This document shows, one piece after another, positions 29,394 through 39,733 of a stretch of DNA of 64,000 nt (position 1 is its first letter; the number at the start of each line of letters is the position of its first letter). The notes under the pieces were generated by a model. That model was not told where the DNA came from and did no database searches. It saw only the letters and a list, made by a program, of their open reading frames with translations. The stretch is from positions 256,001-320,000 of the forward strand of contig CAVPSB010000013.1 of the NCBI GenBank assembly GCA_963708025.1. Reading direction: 5' to 3'. The translations under genes were made by a program, and so were the position numbers. Source of the stretch: an uncultured Candidatus Rokubacteria bacterium (GTDB lineage: Bacteria; Methylomirabilota; Methylomirabilia; Rokubacteriales; DASRDR01).

Positions 29394-30518
29394 TCAGTCC
29401 ATGGAGAGGGCGGCCCGGGAGAGGCGGAGACCGGCGGCGCCCCGCTGCATCCAGTCGGCCTCCCGGAACGCCGCGCCGATGCGGGTCAGCGGAGAGACGT
29501 GCGAGATGAGGCGCTCGAACGGAAAGCGCCCGAGGTTCCGCTTCAGGAAGGCCAGCGCCCGGGGCAGCGCCCACGGCGAGTAGTTGGAGACCGCCACCAG
29601 CCGCGCGCTGGCGCGGACGAGCGCCGTCGCGTCGTAGGAGAAGACGTTGCCCGGCGCGATCGACCCCACCTCGAGGTAGCAGCCCCCGCCCCGTAGCATC
29701 CGGAGCCCTTCGGGGACGACCTCCGGGTAGCCGACGAAATCCGTCACTACGTCGGCGCCGAAGCCGCCGGTGAGGTCGAGGACGGCCTCGATCCGGCGCT
29801 CGGGCGTCGGCAGGTTCTCCAGGCTCAGCGCGTGGTCGGCGCCGAAGGCAAGGGCCAGCTCGAGCCGCGACGCCACGCGGTCGAGCACGATCACGCGGTC
29901 GGCGCCCATGTCGCGGGCGACGGCCACCGCGTTGAGCCCGAGGCCCCCGGCGCCCTGGACGACCAGGGTGTCGCCCGGCCGCAGGCCCGCGCGGGCCAGC
30001 CCGTAGATGACCTGGGCCAGCGCGCAGTTGGCCGGGGTGGCCACGTCGTCGGAGACCTCGTCGGGCACCCGGAACAGGAAGCCGCCGGGACGGAGATAGT
30101 AGTAGTCCCCGTACGCGTTGTTGAAGTAGGGCGGCGTCCCGGCCACGCGATTGGCGCGGCCTTTCCGCGGGCAGCTCCCCATCTCGTCCCGCAGGCACAC
30201 CGGGCAGCGGCCGCAGGGGAAGAAGTAGACGACGCTGACGCGGTCGCCCTCGCGCAGCGGCTGGCCGCCGGAGTCCACGGTGACCCCCGCGCCGAGGTGG
30301 GCGACGCGGCCGCACATCTCGTGGCCGAAGGTGAGGTCCTTCGGCATCGCCCCGTAGACGGCCTTCATCTCGCCCCGCCAGATGTGGAGATCGGAGCCGC
30401 ACACGCCGGCGCGCGTCAGCCGGACCAGGACGGCGCCGGGCTCCGGGTCCGGCACGCGATACTCGCGCAGCTCGAAGTCACCGCCGTACGCCTCGAGGAC
30501 CGCCACCCGTCCCGTCAT
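29394..30518 (-). CDS. Zinc-binding medium-chain dehydrogenase
   Basis: GVCGSDLH, GHE, CGRCPVC......SC, GAGGLG. Confidence 0.9.
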   Translation of the reverse strand: MTGRVAVLEAYGGDFELREYRVPDPEPGAVLVRLTRAGVCGSDLHIWRGEMKAVYGAMPKDLTFGHEMCGRVAHLGAGVTVDSGGQPLREGDRVSVVYFFPCGRCPVCLRDEMGSCPRKGRANRVAGTPPYFNNAYGDYYYLRPGGFLFRVPDEVSDDVATPANCALAQVIYGLARAGLRPGDTLVVQGAGGLGLNAVAVARDMGADRVIVLDRVASRLELALAFGADHALSLENLPTPERRIEAVLDLTGGFGADVVTDFVGYPEVVPEGLRMLRGGGCYLEVGSIAPGNVFSYDATALVRASARLVAVSNYSPWALPRALAFLKRNLGRFPFERLISHVSPLTRIGAAFREADWMQRGAAGLRLSRAALSMD

Positions 30519-30538
30519 GTCCGCTCCTCTCGCTCGGT

Positions 30539-30615
30539 GGGGTCAGGCCTTTCACTCTTGACAATCCGAGCGGCGACGGGATCCGCGAGATTGTAAGAAC
30601 GAAAGGCCTGACCCC
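30539..30615. repeat. 77-bp palindromic element (REP/MITE-like)
   Basis: Perfect 15-bp terminal IR GGGGTCAGGCCTTTC / GAAAGGCCTGACCCC, extended by an imperfect inner stem TCTTGACAATC / GATTGTAAGA. Confidence 0.7.
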
Positions 30616-32844
30616 CTAAGCGCCGCCGTCGGTTACGGCCGCGGCGCCGCCGGTGACCGCGGCCGGCGGCGCCCCCGGGGGCACCACGACCATGACCTGG
30701 CGGCTCCCGAACCGGATGCCCTCGGCCGCGAAGGCCTTGAGGATGCGATTGTACGCCTCGCGCCGGATGAGATAGGGGGCGCTGGTGGGCTTCGACATGA
30801 ACTTGGCGCGAACGACGAGCCCGGCGTCGTCGGTCGCCATCACCCCCTGGAACTTCAGCGGCTGGAGGAGGTCCGGGCCGAGCTCCGGATCGGCGGCGAT
30901 CTCCTCGCCGATCCGCTTGATGATCTTCTTCACCTTGATGAGATCGGTGTCGTAGGGCAGCCGGAACTCGAGCGCCATGATCATCCAGTCCCGGCTCGTG
31001 TTGCGGAGCCGCTTGATCTCGCCGTACGGCACGATGTTCAGGGCGCCGCGGTGGTGGCGGACGTGCAAGGAGCGGATGGTGATCCGCTCCACGGTCCCCT
31101 TGCAATCGCCCGCCTCGATGTACTCGCCGAGGCGGAACGCGTCGTCCATGAGGAAGAACACCCCCGAGACCACGTCCCGCACCAGCGTCTGCGAGCCGAA
31201 GCCGATCGCGAGGCCGAACACCCCGGCCCCGGCCAGGAGCGGCAGGATGTTGACGCCCAGCGCGGAGAGCACACTGAGGACCGTCATGACCACGATGGCG
31301 CTGAGCAGGAGCATCCGGAAGAGCGGCAGGAGCGTCCGCATCCGGGAGGCGGGCGCCCCGCCTTCCTCGCCGGGCTCCGCGCCGTGCTCGGCGGCCGAGC
31401 CGGCCTCGACCTGCATCCGGCGCTCGATGGCGGTACGGGCCAGCTCCCAGAGCATCCAGGCCAGCAGCAGGGGGATGGCGATCCCCAGCAGCCCGCCGGC
31501 GATGCGGCCGCCCAGTCCCCGCTCGGCGAGCGCGAACAGGTCGAGGTGCCACAGGTCCGCCAGGAGGACCAGGCCTCCGACCGTCACCACGATGTGGATG
31601 GCCCGGCGCAGCACCGGCTCGAAGGTGGAGCGGGCCCCCAGCGCCCCCGCCGCGGCGGCCCCCGCCCGGCCGCCGAGGAGCGCCGCCAGGACGCGGCCGA
31701 GGACCATGTCCACCAGGGGCAAGGCGAGGAGGAGCAGGACGCTCAGGATCGGGGCCCGGGACATCCCCTCCGCGCCCCCGAGGACCTCCAGCGCTCGCGC
31801 CAGGTAGACGATCACCAGGTAGGCCGAGGCCAGCACGGGCCACGCCTGCGCCGCGAGGCGACGGCCGGGGCCCGGCTCGCCGGGGCCCAGGATCAGCCGG
31901 GCGACGTCGGTCCGGATCTGCCAGATCGTCTGCAAGGCGAGGACGAGGAACGCGGTCGCCAGCACCAGGGTGAGGGCGTCCACGGTCGGATCCGGGGCGC
32001 CGAGGCCCCGGAGGAGCTCGATCGTGCCGGTCCCGAAGGCGTAGAGCGCGGCCAGCTGGACCACGCCCGCGTGGAGCCGGCGGGCGGCGGTGTCGCCGAA
32101 GGGCAGGAGCCGCCGGGCCGGCGCCGCCGGGGCGAGCAGGAGCCGGGAGAGGAGGGCGACCAGCCGCACCAGGACCACCGCCGCCAGGTACGTCAGGACC
32201 AGGCGTCGCGTCGGGGCGTGTCCCTGATAGACCGCGAAGAAGAAGGCGAGCGCGCCGGCGGCGAACGCGACGAGGGCCAGGAGGTCGAGCGCGAGCCGGA
32301 ACACGAGGCGGCCAGTCGCGGCGCCCAGCCCGTCTCCGGCGATGTCGTCGGCCGCGCGGCGAGCCGCTCCGGTGACCCAACGGAGGAGCCGCTCGACCAG
32401 GACGCCCGCGCCGAGCATCGCCGCCAACAGGACGGCCACCAGCAGGAGATGGCCGGCGCCGCGACCTTCGAGGAATCGGCCGCGGGCCTCGGCGAGCACC
32501 ACGGACAGCGCCGCCGCGCCCGCGACCAGCTCCCCCGCCCGACCCCGGACCCGCTGGGAGCCGCCCTCCATGCCCGCCAGCATCCCCGCCATGTCCGCAT
32601 CGGCCGGCGGCCGGGCCGGGGCGGCGGCCCGGTCGAGCTGGGCGATCAGGAGCTGGCGGACCTCGGCGTCGCTGAGGCGCGCGACCAGCTCGCGGACCGC
32701 CTCGCGGGTCAGCGGCTCGGGCAGCTTCGGGGTGGCGGGCGCCTTCGTCGCCTCCTGGGCGTGGGCGAGCCCGGTGAGCGCGAGCAGCCCCGCGAGCGCG
32801 AGGCCGAGCTGCCAGCGGACGGTACGCCGATCACGACGGCCCAT
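30616..32844 (-). CDS. MscS-family mechanosensitive channel, large (YbiO-like)
   Basis: Many TM segments; LLAGAGVFGLAIGFGSQTLVRD..SG.F.L.DDAFR.GEYI, GTVE.I.IRS, VPYGEI. Confidence 0.9.
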   Translation of the reverse strand: MGRRDRRTVRWQLGLALAGLLALTGLAHAQEATKAPATPKLPEPLTREAVRELVARLSDAEVRQLLIAQLDRAAAPARPPADADMAGMLAGMEGGSQRVRGRAGELVAGAAALSVVLAEARGRFLEGRGAGHLLLVAVLLAAMLGAGVLVERLLRWVTGAARRAADDIAGDGLGAATGRLVFRLALDLLALVAFAAGALAFFFAVYQGHAPTRRLVLTYLAAVVLVRLVALLSRLLLAPAAPARRLLPFGDTAARRLHAGVVQLAALYAFGTGTIELLRGLGAPDPTVDALTLVLATAFLVLALQTIWQIRTDVARLILGPGEPGPGRRLAAQAWPVLASAYLVIVYLARALEVLGGAEGMSRAPILSVLLLLALPLVDMVLGRVLAALLGGRAGAAAAGALGARSTFEPVLRRAIHIVVTVGGLVLLADLWHLDLFALAERGLGGRIAGGLLGIAIPLLLAWMLWELARTAIERRMQVEAGSAAEHGAEPGEEGGAPASRMRTLLPLFRMLLLSAIVVMTVLSVLSALGVNILPLLAGAGVFGLAIGFGSQTLVRDVVSGVFFLMDDAFRLGEYIEAGDCKGTVERITIRSLHVRHHRGALNIVPYGEIKRLRNTSRDWMIMALEFRLPYDTDLIKVKKIIKRIGEEIAADPELGPDLLQPLKFQGVMATDDAGLVVRAKFMSKPTSAPYLIRREAYNRILKAFAAEGIRFGSRQVMVVVPPGAPPAAVTGGAAAVTDGGA

Positions 32845-33064
32845 GGCACACCTCCCAGCCTGGACAATAGCACCCTCTCCCCCGCCGGGGGAGAGGGTGG
32901 AGTGACGGGGCGAGGGAGCGGACCGAGGGCGGACGATCAGGGCGAGCCCGCGGACACCCCGCGCTCGGTCCCGAGGCGCCCGCCGACCCCGCCGTGCTCC
33001 AGGAAGCTATGGGACCAACGTCCCATAGCCGGGCTGGCCGCCAATCCCTAGACTCGGGCTGGCC

Positions 33065-33481
33065 ATGATCCCGGTCGTGGGAGGCGAGAGGGTGCCGGCG
33101 GCTCCGGAGCGGCAATCCCCCCTGGTCTGCGTCATCGACGACGACGCCTCACTCCTGCGCGCGCTGCGGCGCCTGCTTCGAGCCGGCGGATTCGACGTCG
33201 AGGTCTTCTCGTCGGCGGAGGCCTTCCTGGAGTCGGGGCACCGGGAGCGGGTGGACTGCCTCGTCCTGGACGTGCGGCTCGAGGGGATGAGCGGACTCGA
33301 GCTGCAGGAGCGGCTCGTCGCCGCGGGGTCGGAGATCCCCGTCGTCTTCATGACCGCCGCCCACGACGATCTCTCGACGCGCGAGCGGGCTCACCGGGCT
33401 GGCGCCATCGACTATCTCCGGAAGCCGTTCGACGACGAGTCGCTGATCGGGGCGATCAACCGAGCCATCCGCCGCCGCTGA
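33065..33481 (+). CDS. Single-domain response regulator (FixJ-like receiver)
   Basis: VIDDD, CLVLDVRL..MSGLEL, FMTA, YLRKPF. Confidence 0.88.
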   Translation: MIPVVGGERVPAAPERQSPLVCVIDDDASLLRALRRLLRAGGFDVEVFSSAEAFLESGHRERVDCLVLDVRLEGMSGLELQERLVAAGSEIPVVFMTAAHDDLSTRERAHRAGAIDYLRKPFDDESLIGAINRAIRRR

Positions 33482-33600
33482 CACGCCCCTCGCGAGGGGG
33501 ATCGGAGTTCTGTCGGACGGTCGCCTCGTCGTGGATCGCGTGGGGACTCGCCGCCGCGCTCGGAGGAAAGGCGATTCCGGCCGCGCGGGCGTCACCGGCC

Positions 33601-33762
33601 CAGCAGCGCTTCGTCTACCCCCAGCGGGGCCAGGCGTCCGAACAGCAGTCGCGCGACCGTTACGACTGGCACCAGTGGGCCGAGGACACGGGGGCGATGT
33701 CGGCCTCGGTCGTCGAGGCCGACGGCGCCTTCGTCATCTCCGGCAGCTGCACCACGCCCTGA
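33601..33762 (+). pseudogene. Relic of a YPxxGQ..EQQ..D.Y.CH.WA-type exported protein
   Basis: Hand translation QQRFVYPQRGQASEQQSRDRYDWHQWAEDTG; no start codon seen; the expected Cys appears as Trp. Confidence 0.45.
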
Positions 33763-33998
33763 GGACTTTCGGGGGTCTCGGAAGACCCCCCTGACGCCCG
33801 CCTCGGAGTTCGCGGCGGAGCCGCGGCTCGAAGTGGAACGCCACGGCCGCGAGGCCGGAGCCGGGCGTTGCGAGAAGCCGGCGCGCTGCAGGGATCGGAG
33901 GCGGCCGGAACTCGGCACGGGGTCTGGGATAGACTGGAGAGTGACCTGCGGCGGGGACGCCGCCGTTCCACGCGACCGACAGGACAGGAGGTAGCATC

Positions 33999-35391
33999 GA
34001 TGATCAGCCTCGCTCCGACTGGAGATCGGGCAGACTCGCCGGAACTCCGGCCGGTCCCGCCCTCGGACCTCGCGCGCGCTCCTCGCCGGCGCGCTGCTGA
34101 CGGTGGCTGGCGGCGCGACGCTCGTCGCGGCCCAGGCGGCTCGAGACGCCGGCCGTCCTACGGGCTCAGGACCTGGCGCCCCCGGAGCTGCTCCGCGGGC
34201 CGCGCTTCCAGGTCGAGGAGCGGTGCCGACCGACGGGTTCCTGACGAAGTTCACGATCAAGTCCAGACTTCGGCCCCTTCGAGGCCCAGGGCCCGGGCAT
34301 GCTGCAGGTCCGGGTCGGGGAGATCAAGGCCCTCGACGCGATCTCGACGATGGAGACGTCCGACGTCTTCAAGAAGGCCCTGGCCGATTCGGCGAAGCGC
34401 ACCGGCAAGTCGCTCGAGCAGGCGATCGAGAACCCGGTCGAGACGGTCAAGGGGCTGCCGGAGGGGGTCGGCCGCTTCTTCGAGCGCGTGGGCCGCAGCG
34501 TCAAGACCGGGGCCCAGAAAGCCGAGGACTACATCGCCGAGAAGCAGTCGCAGCCCGGCGGAGCGGGGGCCGGGGACGTCGCGACGGCCGCCGGCCAGGC
34601 GGCAGGCAACGTCGGGGAGAGCGTCATCGGGTACGACGACGCGCGGCGCCGGATGGCGAAGGCGCTGAGCGTCGATCCCTACACGACCAACCCCGCCCTG
34701 GCGAAGAAGCTCGACGAGGTCGGCGTGGGCGGCCTGGGGCGGCGAGTTCGGGCTGGACGGGATGGTGAGGCTGGTGCCGGGCGGCGCCGCGCTCACCTTC
34801 ACGCGGAGCTGGGTCAGCGACCTGGTGTGGGACGTGAGCCCGGGAGATCTCCGGGTGCGGATGGAGCAGAAGCTCAAGGCCCTGGGCGCGGACCAGGACA
34901 GCGTCGACCGGTTCCTCCGCCAGAAGTGGTTCACGCTCACCATCCAGACCGCGCTGGTCGAGGCGCTGGCCTCGCTGGGTCCCGGCCCGGGCCGGCTGGA
35001 CGTCGTCGGCTGGGCGCTCACCGCCGAGTCCGAGCTCCAGGCGCGGTTCATGGCGGGCGCGGTCGGGATCCTGGCCGACTATCACCGGACCGCGGCGCCG
35101 ATCCAGCGAGTGCGGGTGGCCGGCACGCTCGTCGGCGAGACCCAGTCGGGGGCGCTCGTCATCGCCGCCCCCGTGGACTACGTCTCCTGGACGGAGCGGG
35201 TCGCCGCCTACGTCGAGCGGCCGGACCTCGCCGCGAAGGAGCATCAGCTCTGGCTGTTCGGGCGGGTCTCGCCCCGCACCCGGCAGGAGCTGACCGCGCG
35301 CGACTGGGTCATTCGCGAGGGCGTGTCGGCCGGCATCGTCCGTCCGGGGGGCCCGGCGGGCCTGGAAAGCAAGCCCGCGCCTTCGCAGTGA
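33999..35391 (+). CDS. Conserved hypothetical exported protein; several frameshifts, start approximate
   Basis: Joined frames give ETPAVLRAQDLAPPELLRGPRFQVEERVPTDGF..GPGMLQVRVGEI..L.VDPYTTNP.L..APVDYVSWTE; GGAGG RBS at about 33986. Confidence 0.6.
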
Positions 35392-35436
35392 GGAGGTCGA
35401 TCCGACGATAGCCTCTCGGCGGGCGGGTCGGCCCTG

Positions 35437-37356
35437 ATGCGGCTCCGGCCCCGCCAGACGAGCCAGCGGCCGGCACCACCGTCCGGGGCCGGCGCCCGGA
35501 CCCTGCGGCGCGGCGCCCTCCTGCTCGGACTCGCCCTGCTCGGGACGGCGTGCGCCACCCCGGTCGGCGTGACGCCCGCGGACGTGCAGACCGCGTACCG
35601 CCTCCACACGGCGAACGTGGTGTCCGCCGGGCAGCCCTCGGAAGTCTCCCGGCGGATCCTGCGGCGGTTCGGGCTGCAGGATCTCTTCGAGAAGCACCCG
35701 ACGGACGGCCTGGCCACGCTCCACCAGGCGTTCGTCCTCCAGGGCGGCGAGGAGCGGCTCCTCGCCCTGGCCGAGCTGTCGTTCTTCCACGCCCAGGAGA
35801 GCGGTGACCGGTCGTACTACCTGGCCGCGGCCGTGTATGCGTACGCGCTGCTCTTCCCCGGCGCCGAACGCGGGGTCGCGTTCGACCCGATCGAGCGCCG
35901 CTATCGACTGGCCTACGAGCTGTACAACCTCGGCCTCGCCCTGGGGCTGCGCCGGGCGGACGGGGAGGAAGTGGACCCGGCGCCGGGCCGGCGAACCCTC
36001 CCCTTCGGCACGCTGGACATCGCGGTCGACGACGGCGACTTCACCTGGCTCGGGTACCGCCTCGACCACTTCGTCCCCGCCTCCTCGCTGACGATCCGGG
36101 GGCTGCGCAACCGCTACGCGAGGGCAGGCGTGGGCGCCGCCCTGGTCGCCGGGCTGGCGCGTCAGGAAGCGATCGCCTCGGTGCCGGGAGCCCGGCGCAT
36201 CGGGCCGGGCACGCGGGTCCCGGTGACCGCCTTCCTCCGCCTCGAGGATCCGCGCGGCAGCCTCGCGGGCGGCGCGGTCCGGGGGCGGCTCGAGCTGTAT
36301 CCCCAGGACCGGGCGACGAGCGTGAGCGTGGACGGGCGCGAGCAGCCCCTCGAGACGGACCCGACCGCCGCGCTCGCCCTCTGGCTCGAGCACTCGCCCG
36401 TCTGGGACGCCGAGATGCGGGGCCTCCTGCAGCTCGGGGCCCTGGAGTGGATCCCGCGGGACCGGGCCGACGACGGGCTGTTCCTGCTCGAGCCGTTTCG
36501 CGCCGACCGGATCCCGGTGGTTCTCGTCCACGGCACTTACTCGAGCCCGGCGCGATGGGCGGAGCTGGTCAACGAGCTGCGCGGGGATCTCCGGATCCGC
36601 GAGCACTACCAGCTCTGGCTGTTCGCCTACGACACCGGCGCCCCGATCGGCTACTCGGCCGGCCGGCTGCGCCGCGCCCTGGAGCGGACCCTGCGCGAGG
36701 TGGACCCCACGGGAGCGGCCCCGGCGCTCCGCCGGATGGTCATCATCGGTCACAGCCAGGGCGGCCTGCTGGCAAAGCTCACCGTCGTGGACAGCGGCGA
36801 CCGCTTCTGGCGAAAGGTGAGCAACGTGCCGCTCGACTCGGTCGATCTGGACGCCAGGGTCCGGGAGATCGTGCGGGAGTCGGTCTTCTTCACGCCCGAG
36901 CCGTTCGTGGAGCGCGTGATCTTCGTCGCCACGCCCCACCGCGGCAGCTACCTGGCGGGGCGGCGCCTGGGCCAGTTCGCGTCCTGGCTGCTCGGCCTGC
37001 CGGTGCGCCTCACGCGCCGAACCTTCGGCGCCCTCACCCAGAGCGAGGAGGCGCAGCTCAGGCGCCTGATCGACCGGCTGCCGACCAGCATCGACAACAT
37101 GAGCCCGACCAACCGCTTCATCGCCACGCTGGGACCGATCCCCATCGCCCCCAGCGTGCGCGTGAACTCCATCATCGCGGTCGAGGGCGACGGCCCCTAC
37201 GAAGACGGCGGCGACGGCGTGGTCCGCTATCGGAGCGCCCACCTCGAGGCAGCGGACTCGGAGCTGATCGTTCAGTCGGGCCACTCGGTCCAGAGCAACC
37301 CCGAGGCGATCGAGGAGATCCGGCGCATCCTCCTCGAGCACGCCGGCCTGCGCTGA
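35437..37356 (+). CDS. Alpha/beta hydrolase (lipase/esterase-like) lipoprotein
   Basis: Lipobox LGTAC, PVVLVHGTYSS, GHSQG nucleophile, ATPHRGS, DGVV.Y.SAHL, SGHS. Confidence 0.85.
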   Translation: MRLRPRQTSQRPAPPSGAGARTLRRGALLLGLALLGTACATPVGVTPADVQTAYRLHTANVVSAGQPSEVSRRILRRFGLQDLFEKHPTDGLATLHQAFVLQGGEERLLALAELSFFHAQESGDRSYYLAAAVYAYALLFPGAERGVAFDPIERRYRLAYELYNLGLALGLRRADGEEVDPAPGRRTLPFGTLDIAVDDGDFTWLGYRLDHFVPASSLTIRGLRNRYARAGVGAALVAGLARQEAIASVPGARRIGPGTRVPVTAFLRLEDPRGSLAGGAVRGRLELYPQDRATSVSVDGREQPLETDPTAALALWLEHSPVWDAEMRGLLQLGALEWIPRDRADDGLFLLEPFRADRIPVVLVHGTYSSPARWAELVNELRGDLRIREHYQLWLFAYDTGAPIGYSAGRLRRALERTLREVDPTGAAPALRRMVIIGHSQGGLLAKLTVVDSGDRFWRKVSNVPLDSVDLDARVREIVRESVFFTPEPFVERVIFVATPHRGSYLAGRRLGQFASWLLGLPVRLTRRTFGALTQSEEAQLRRLIDRLPTSIDNMSPTNRFIATLGPIPIAPSVRVNSIIAVEGDGPYEDGGDGVVRYRSAHLEAADSELIVQSGHSVQSNPEAIEEIRRILLEHAGLR

Positions 37357-37445
37357 GAGCGTGTGAAGGAATGGAGCGCTCCGGCTCCCCCCTCACCCCG
37401 GTGGGTGGGGGAGGGGGGTTGGGGGGGTGGGCGGGAGGCCCCGAT
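37357..37445 (+). repeat. G-rich intergenic repeat, copy B
   Basis: GAGCGTGTGAAGGAATGG directly after TGA 37354-37356; ends GGCGGGAGGCCCCGA. Confidence 0.8.
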
Positions 37446-37471
37446 CTGAGCGAGCGAGGAGCGGCGCCGTC

Positions 37472-38446
37472 GTGAAGACCGCCGGCCGCCTGCTGCTGGT
37501 CGCCGGGCTCCTCGCCGCCATGGGCTGGGCCACGCTCGCGCTCCACTACGGTGGCCCGCCGTCCCGGGTCCGCGATGCCCTGGCGCTCGCCTACGTCCTG
37601 GCCAGCGCCGTCCTCCTCTGGCTCGGGTGGCGCCGGTGGTGGGCACGCCTGGGCTTCCTCGCCCTCTTCGCGCTGGTGCTCGCGTGGTGGCTGTCCCTGG
37701 CGCCCCGGAACGACCGGGACTGGCAGCCGGACGTGGCGGTGCTCCCCGGGGTCGAGATGGCCGGCGACACCCTCACCGTCCACGACGTCCGCGACAACGT
37801 GTACCGCACCGAGCACGACTACACGGTGCGGTACGAGGACCGCGCGTACACCCTGGCCGGGCTCCGGACGCTCGACCTCTTCCTCGTCTACTGGGGTTCG
37901 CCGTGGATCGCCCACACCATCCTGAGCTTCGGCTTCGACGACGGCCGGTACCTGGCCGTCTCCATCGAGACCCGCAAGGAGAAGGGCGAGGAGTACTCGG
38001 CGGTGGCCGGCTTCTTCCGCCGCTACGAGCTGATCTACGTCGTGGCGGACGAGCGGGACGTCGTCCGCCTCCGCACCAACTACCGCGGCGAGGACGTGTA
38101 CCTCTACCGGCTACGCGGGCCGCCCGACGCCGCACGAGCCCTGCTGCTCGACTACGTCCGACGGATCAACGGGCTGCGCGAGCGCCCCGAGTGGTACAAC
38201 GCCCTGACCCACAACTGCACGACGGCCATCCCCCGGCACTCCGGGACGCGATCCTGGCGGAACTGGAGGCTGCTGGCGAACGGCTACCTGGACGAGCTGG
38301 CCTACGAGATCGGGGCCGTCAACACCCGGCTGCCGTTCGCGGAGCTGCGGGCGCGGAGCCGCGTGAACGATCGGGCCCGGGAGGCCGGCGACGCCCCCGA
38401 CTTCTCCCGCCGCATCCGGGAGGGATTGCCGGGCGCGACGCCCTGA
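37472..38446 (+). CDS. DUF4105 (Lnb N-terminal-like) membrane protein
   Basis: DRDWQPDV, IAHTILSFGF, SIETRKE.GE.YS...GFFR.YEL.Y..ADERD, WYNALT.NCTT. Confidence 0.85.
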   Translation: MKTAGRLLLVAGLLAAMGWATLALHYGGPPSRVRDALALAYVLASAVLLWLGWRRWWARLGFLALFALVLAWWLSLAPRNDRDWQPDVAVLPGVEMAGDTLTVHDVRDNVYRTEHDYTVRYEDRAYTLAGLRTLDLFLVYWGSPWIAHTILSFGFDDGRYLAVSIETRKEKGEEYSAVAGFFRRYELIYVVADERDVVRLRTNYRGEDVYLYRLRGPPDAARALLLDYVRRINGLRERPEWYNALTHNCTTAIPRHSGTRSWRNWRLLANGYLDELAYEIGAVNTRLPFAELRARSRVNDRAREAGDAPDFSRRIREGLPGATP

Positions 38447-38529
38447 TCAGGCCGCGGGACCCGCCGATCGGGCGCGGGCCACGCGATGGGCCAGGCCCCG
38501 GGCCGCGTGACGTAGGAGGCGAGGACACC

Positions 38530-39297
38530 ATGGACCTGTCGCTGACCCCCGAGCAGGATGAGCTGGTCCGAACGCTCCGCGCTCTTGCTCGCAAGGAGCT
38601 CGCCCCCCGCTCTCGCGAGTGGGACAGGAGCGGCCAATTCCCCTGGCAGACCTGGCGCCAGATGGGCGAACTCGGGCTTCTCGGGCTCCGCATGCCGCCC
38701 GCCTACGGCGGCCAGGAATCGGACTACATCACCTTCGGCCTGGCGATGGAGGAGATCGCGCGCGGGGACTTCGGCTGCACCTACGGCCTCCAGCTCGCCG
38801 GGCTCGCGGGAGAGATCGTGGGCGCGAACGGGACGGAGGAAATCAAGAAGCGCTGGCTGCCGCCGACGGCGCGCGGCGAGGAGGTCATCGCGCTCGCGCT
38901 GACCGAGCCTGGCGTGGGCTCCGACGCCGCCCACCTGGCCTGCCGCGCGGAGCGCACCGGTGACGGCTACGCCATCACTGGCGAGAAGTCGGGCATCAGC
39001 CTCGCCATGGTCGCCCAGTCGACCGTGCTCTTCGCCCGCACGGGAGCGGGCGGTGGAGCGAAGGGCGTGACGGCCTTCCTCGTGCCGCTCGACCTGCCTG
39101 GTGTCTCGCGCAGCCCGCTCCGCGACATGGGCTCGCACTCGGTCGGACGGGGCGTGCTCGCCTTCGACCACGTGCGCATCTCCGCCTCCCACCGGCTCGG
39201 TGATGAGGGGCAGGGGTTCTACCAGGTGATGCGCGGCTTCGACTACAACCGCGTCGGCATCGCGCTGGCCTGTCTCGGCGTCGCCCAGGTCTCGCTG
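38530..39297 (+). pseudogene. Acyl-CoA dehydrogenase (cyclohexanecarboxyl-CoA dehydrogenase-like), C-terminally truncated
   Basis: MDLSLTPEQ, LALTEPGVGSDA, GEKSGIS, RLGDEGQGF..VM.GFDYNR..IALACLG.AQ.SL, then homology stops at the vapC 3' end; the R.QFG.P and C-terminal helices are absent. Confidence 0.8.
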
Positions 39298-39298
39298 G

Positions 39299-39733
39299 TC
39301 AGCCAACCAGAGGGTTCCGGACGACGAGCCCCGGAAACCGGCCGAAGTCGCGGTCCGCCGTCGAGAGCTCGCGGACCCCGTGCAGGCGGCACAGCGCGCC
39401 CACTCGCGCGTCGTGGACCTGAGGGCCGGCAAGGCGGCCCACCTCCAGCGCCCGCCGCAGTTCCGGCCAGTACCCGTCCGCTTCCGCCAGCAGCACGACG
39501 GTCGGCGCTTCCAGCCACGCCTCGACCTGATCGGAGGCGGCCGGCAGCGGCGTTGGCGGCGAGTAGATCCGGGGGTGGGTCACGATCGCCAGGAACTCGT
39601 GCAGGCACGGCCAGGGCAGGGCCCACGGCGTCCGGCTCTCGGCCAACTCGGTGATCCTTGCGTAGGCGACGTCGTGCCAGGGGGAGTCCTCGCGGTGGGC
39701 GTAGACGAGCAGGTTCGTGTCGAGCGCGATCAC
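39299..39733 (-). CDS. vapC: VapC-family PIN domain toxin
   Basis: IALDTNLLVYA, EFLAIVTHP, VHDARV, TADRDF.RF. Confidence 0.9.
   Translation of the reverse strand: MIALDTNLLVYAHREDSPWHDVAYARITELAESRTPWALPWPCLHEFLAIVTHPRIYSPPTPLPAASDQVEAWLEAPTVVLLAEADGYWPELRRALEVGRLAGPQVHDARVGALCRLHGVRELSTADRDFGRFPGLVVRNPLVG

Noticed and set aside
34624-37341. 905-aa minus-strand ORF
   Set aside because: Antisense shadow of the plus-strand hydrolase and hypothetical genes.
37627-39654. 675-aa ORF containing the acyl-CoA dehydrogenase
   Set aside because: Only 38530-39297 is homologous; the rest is off-frame DUF4105 sequence and antisense vapC.
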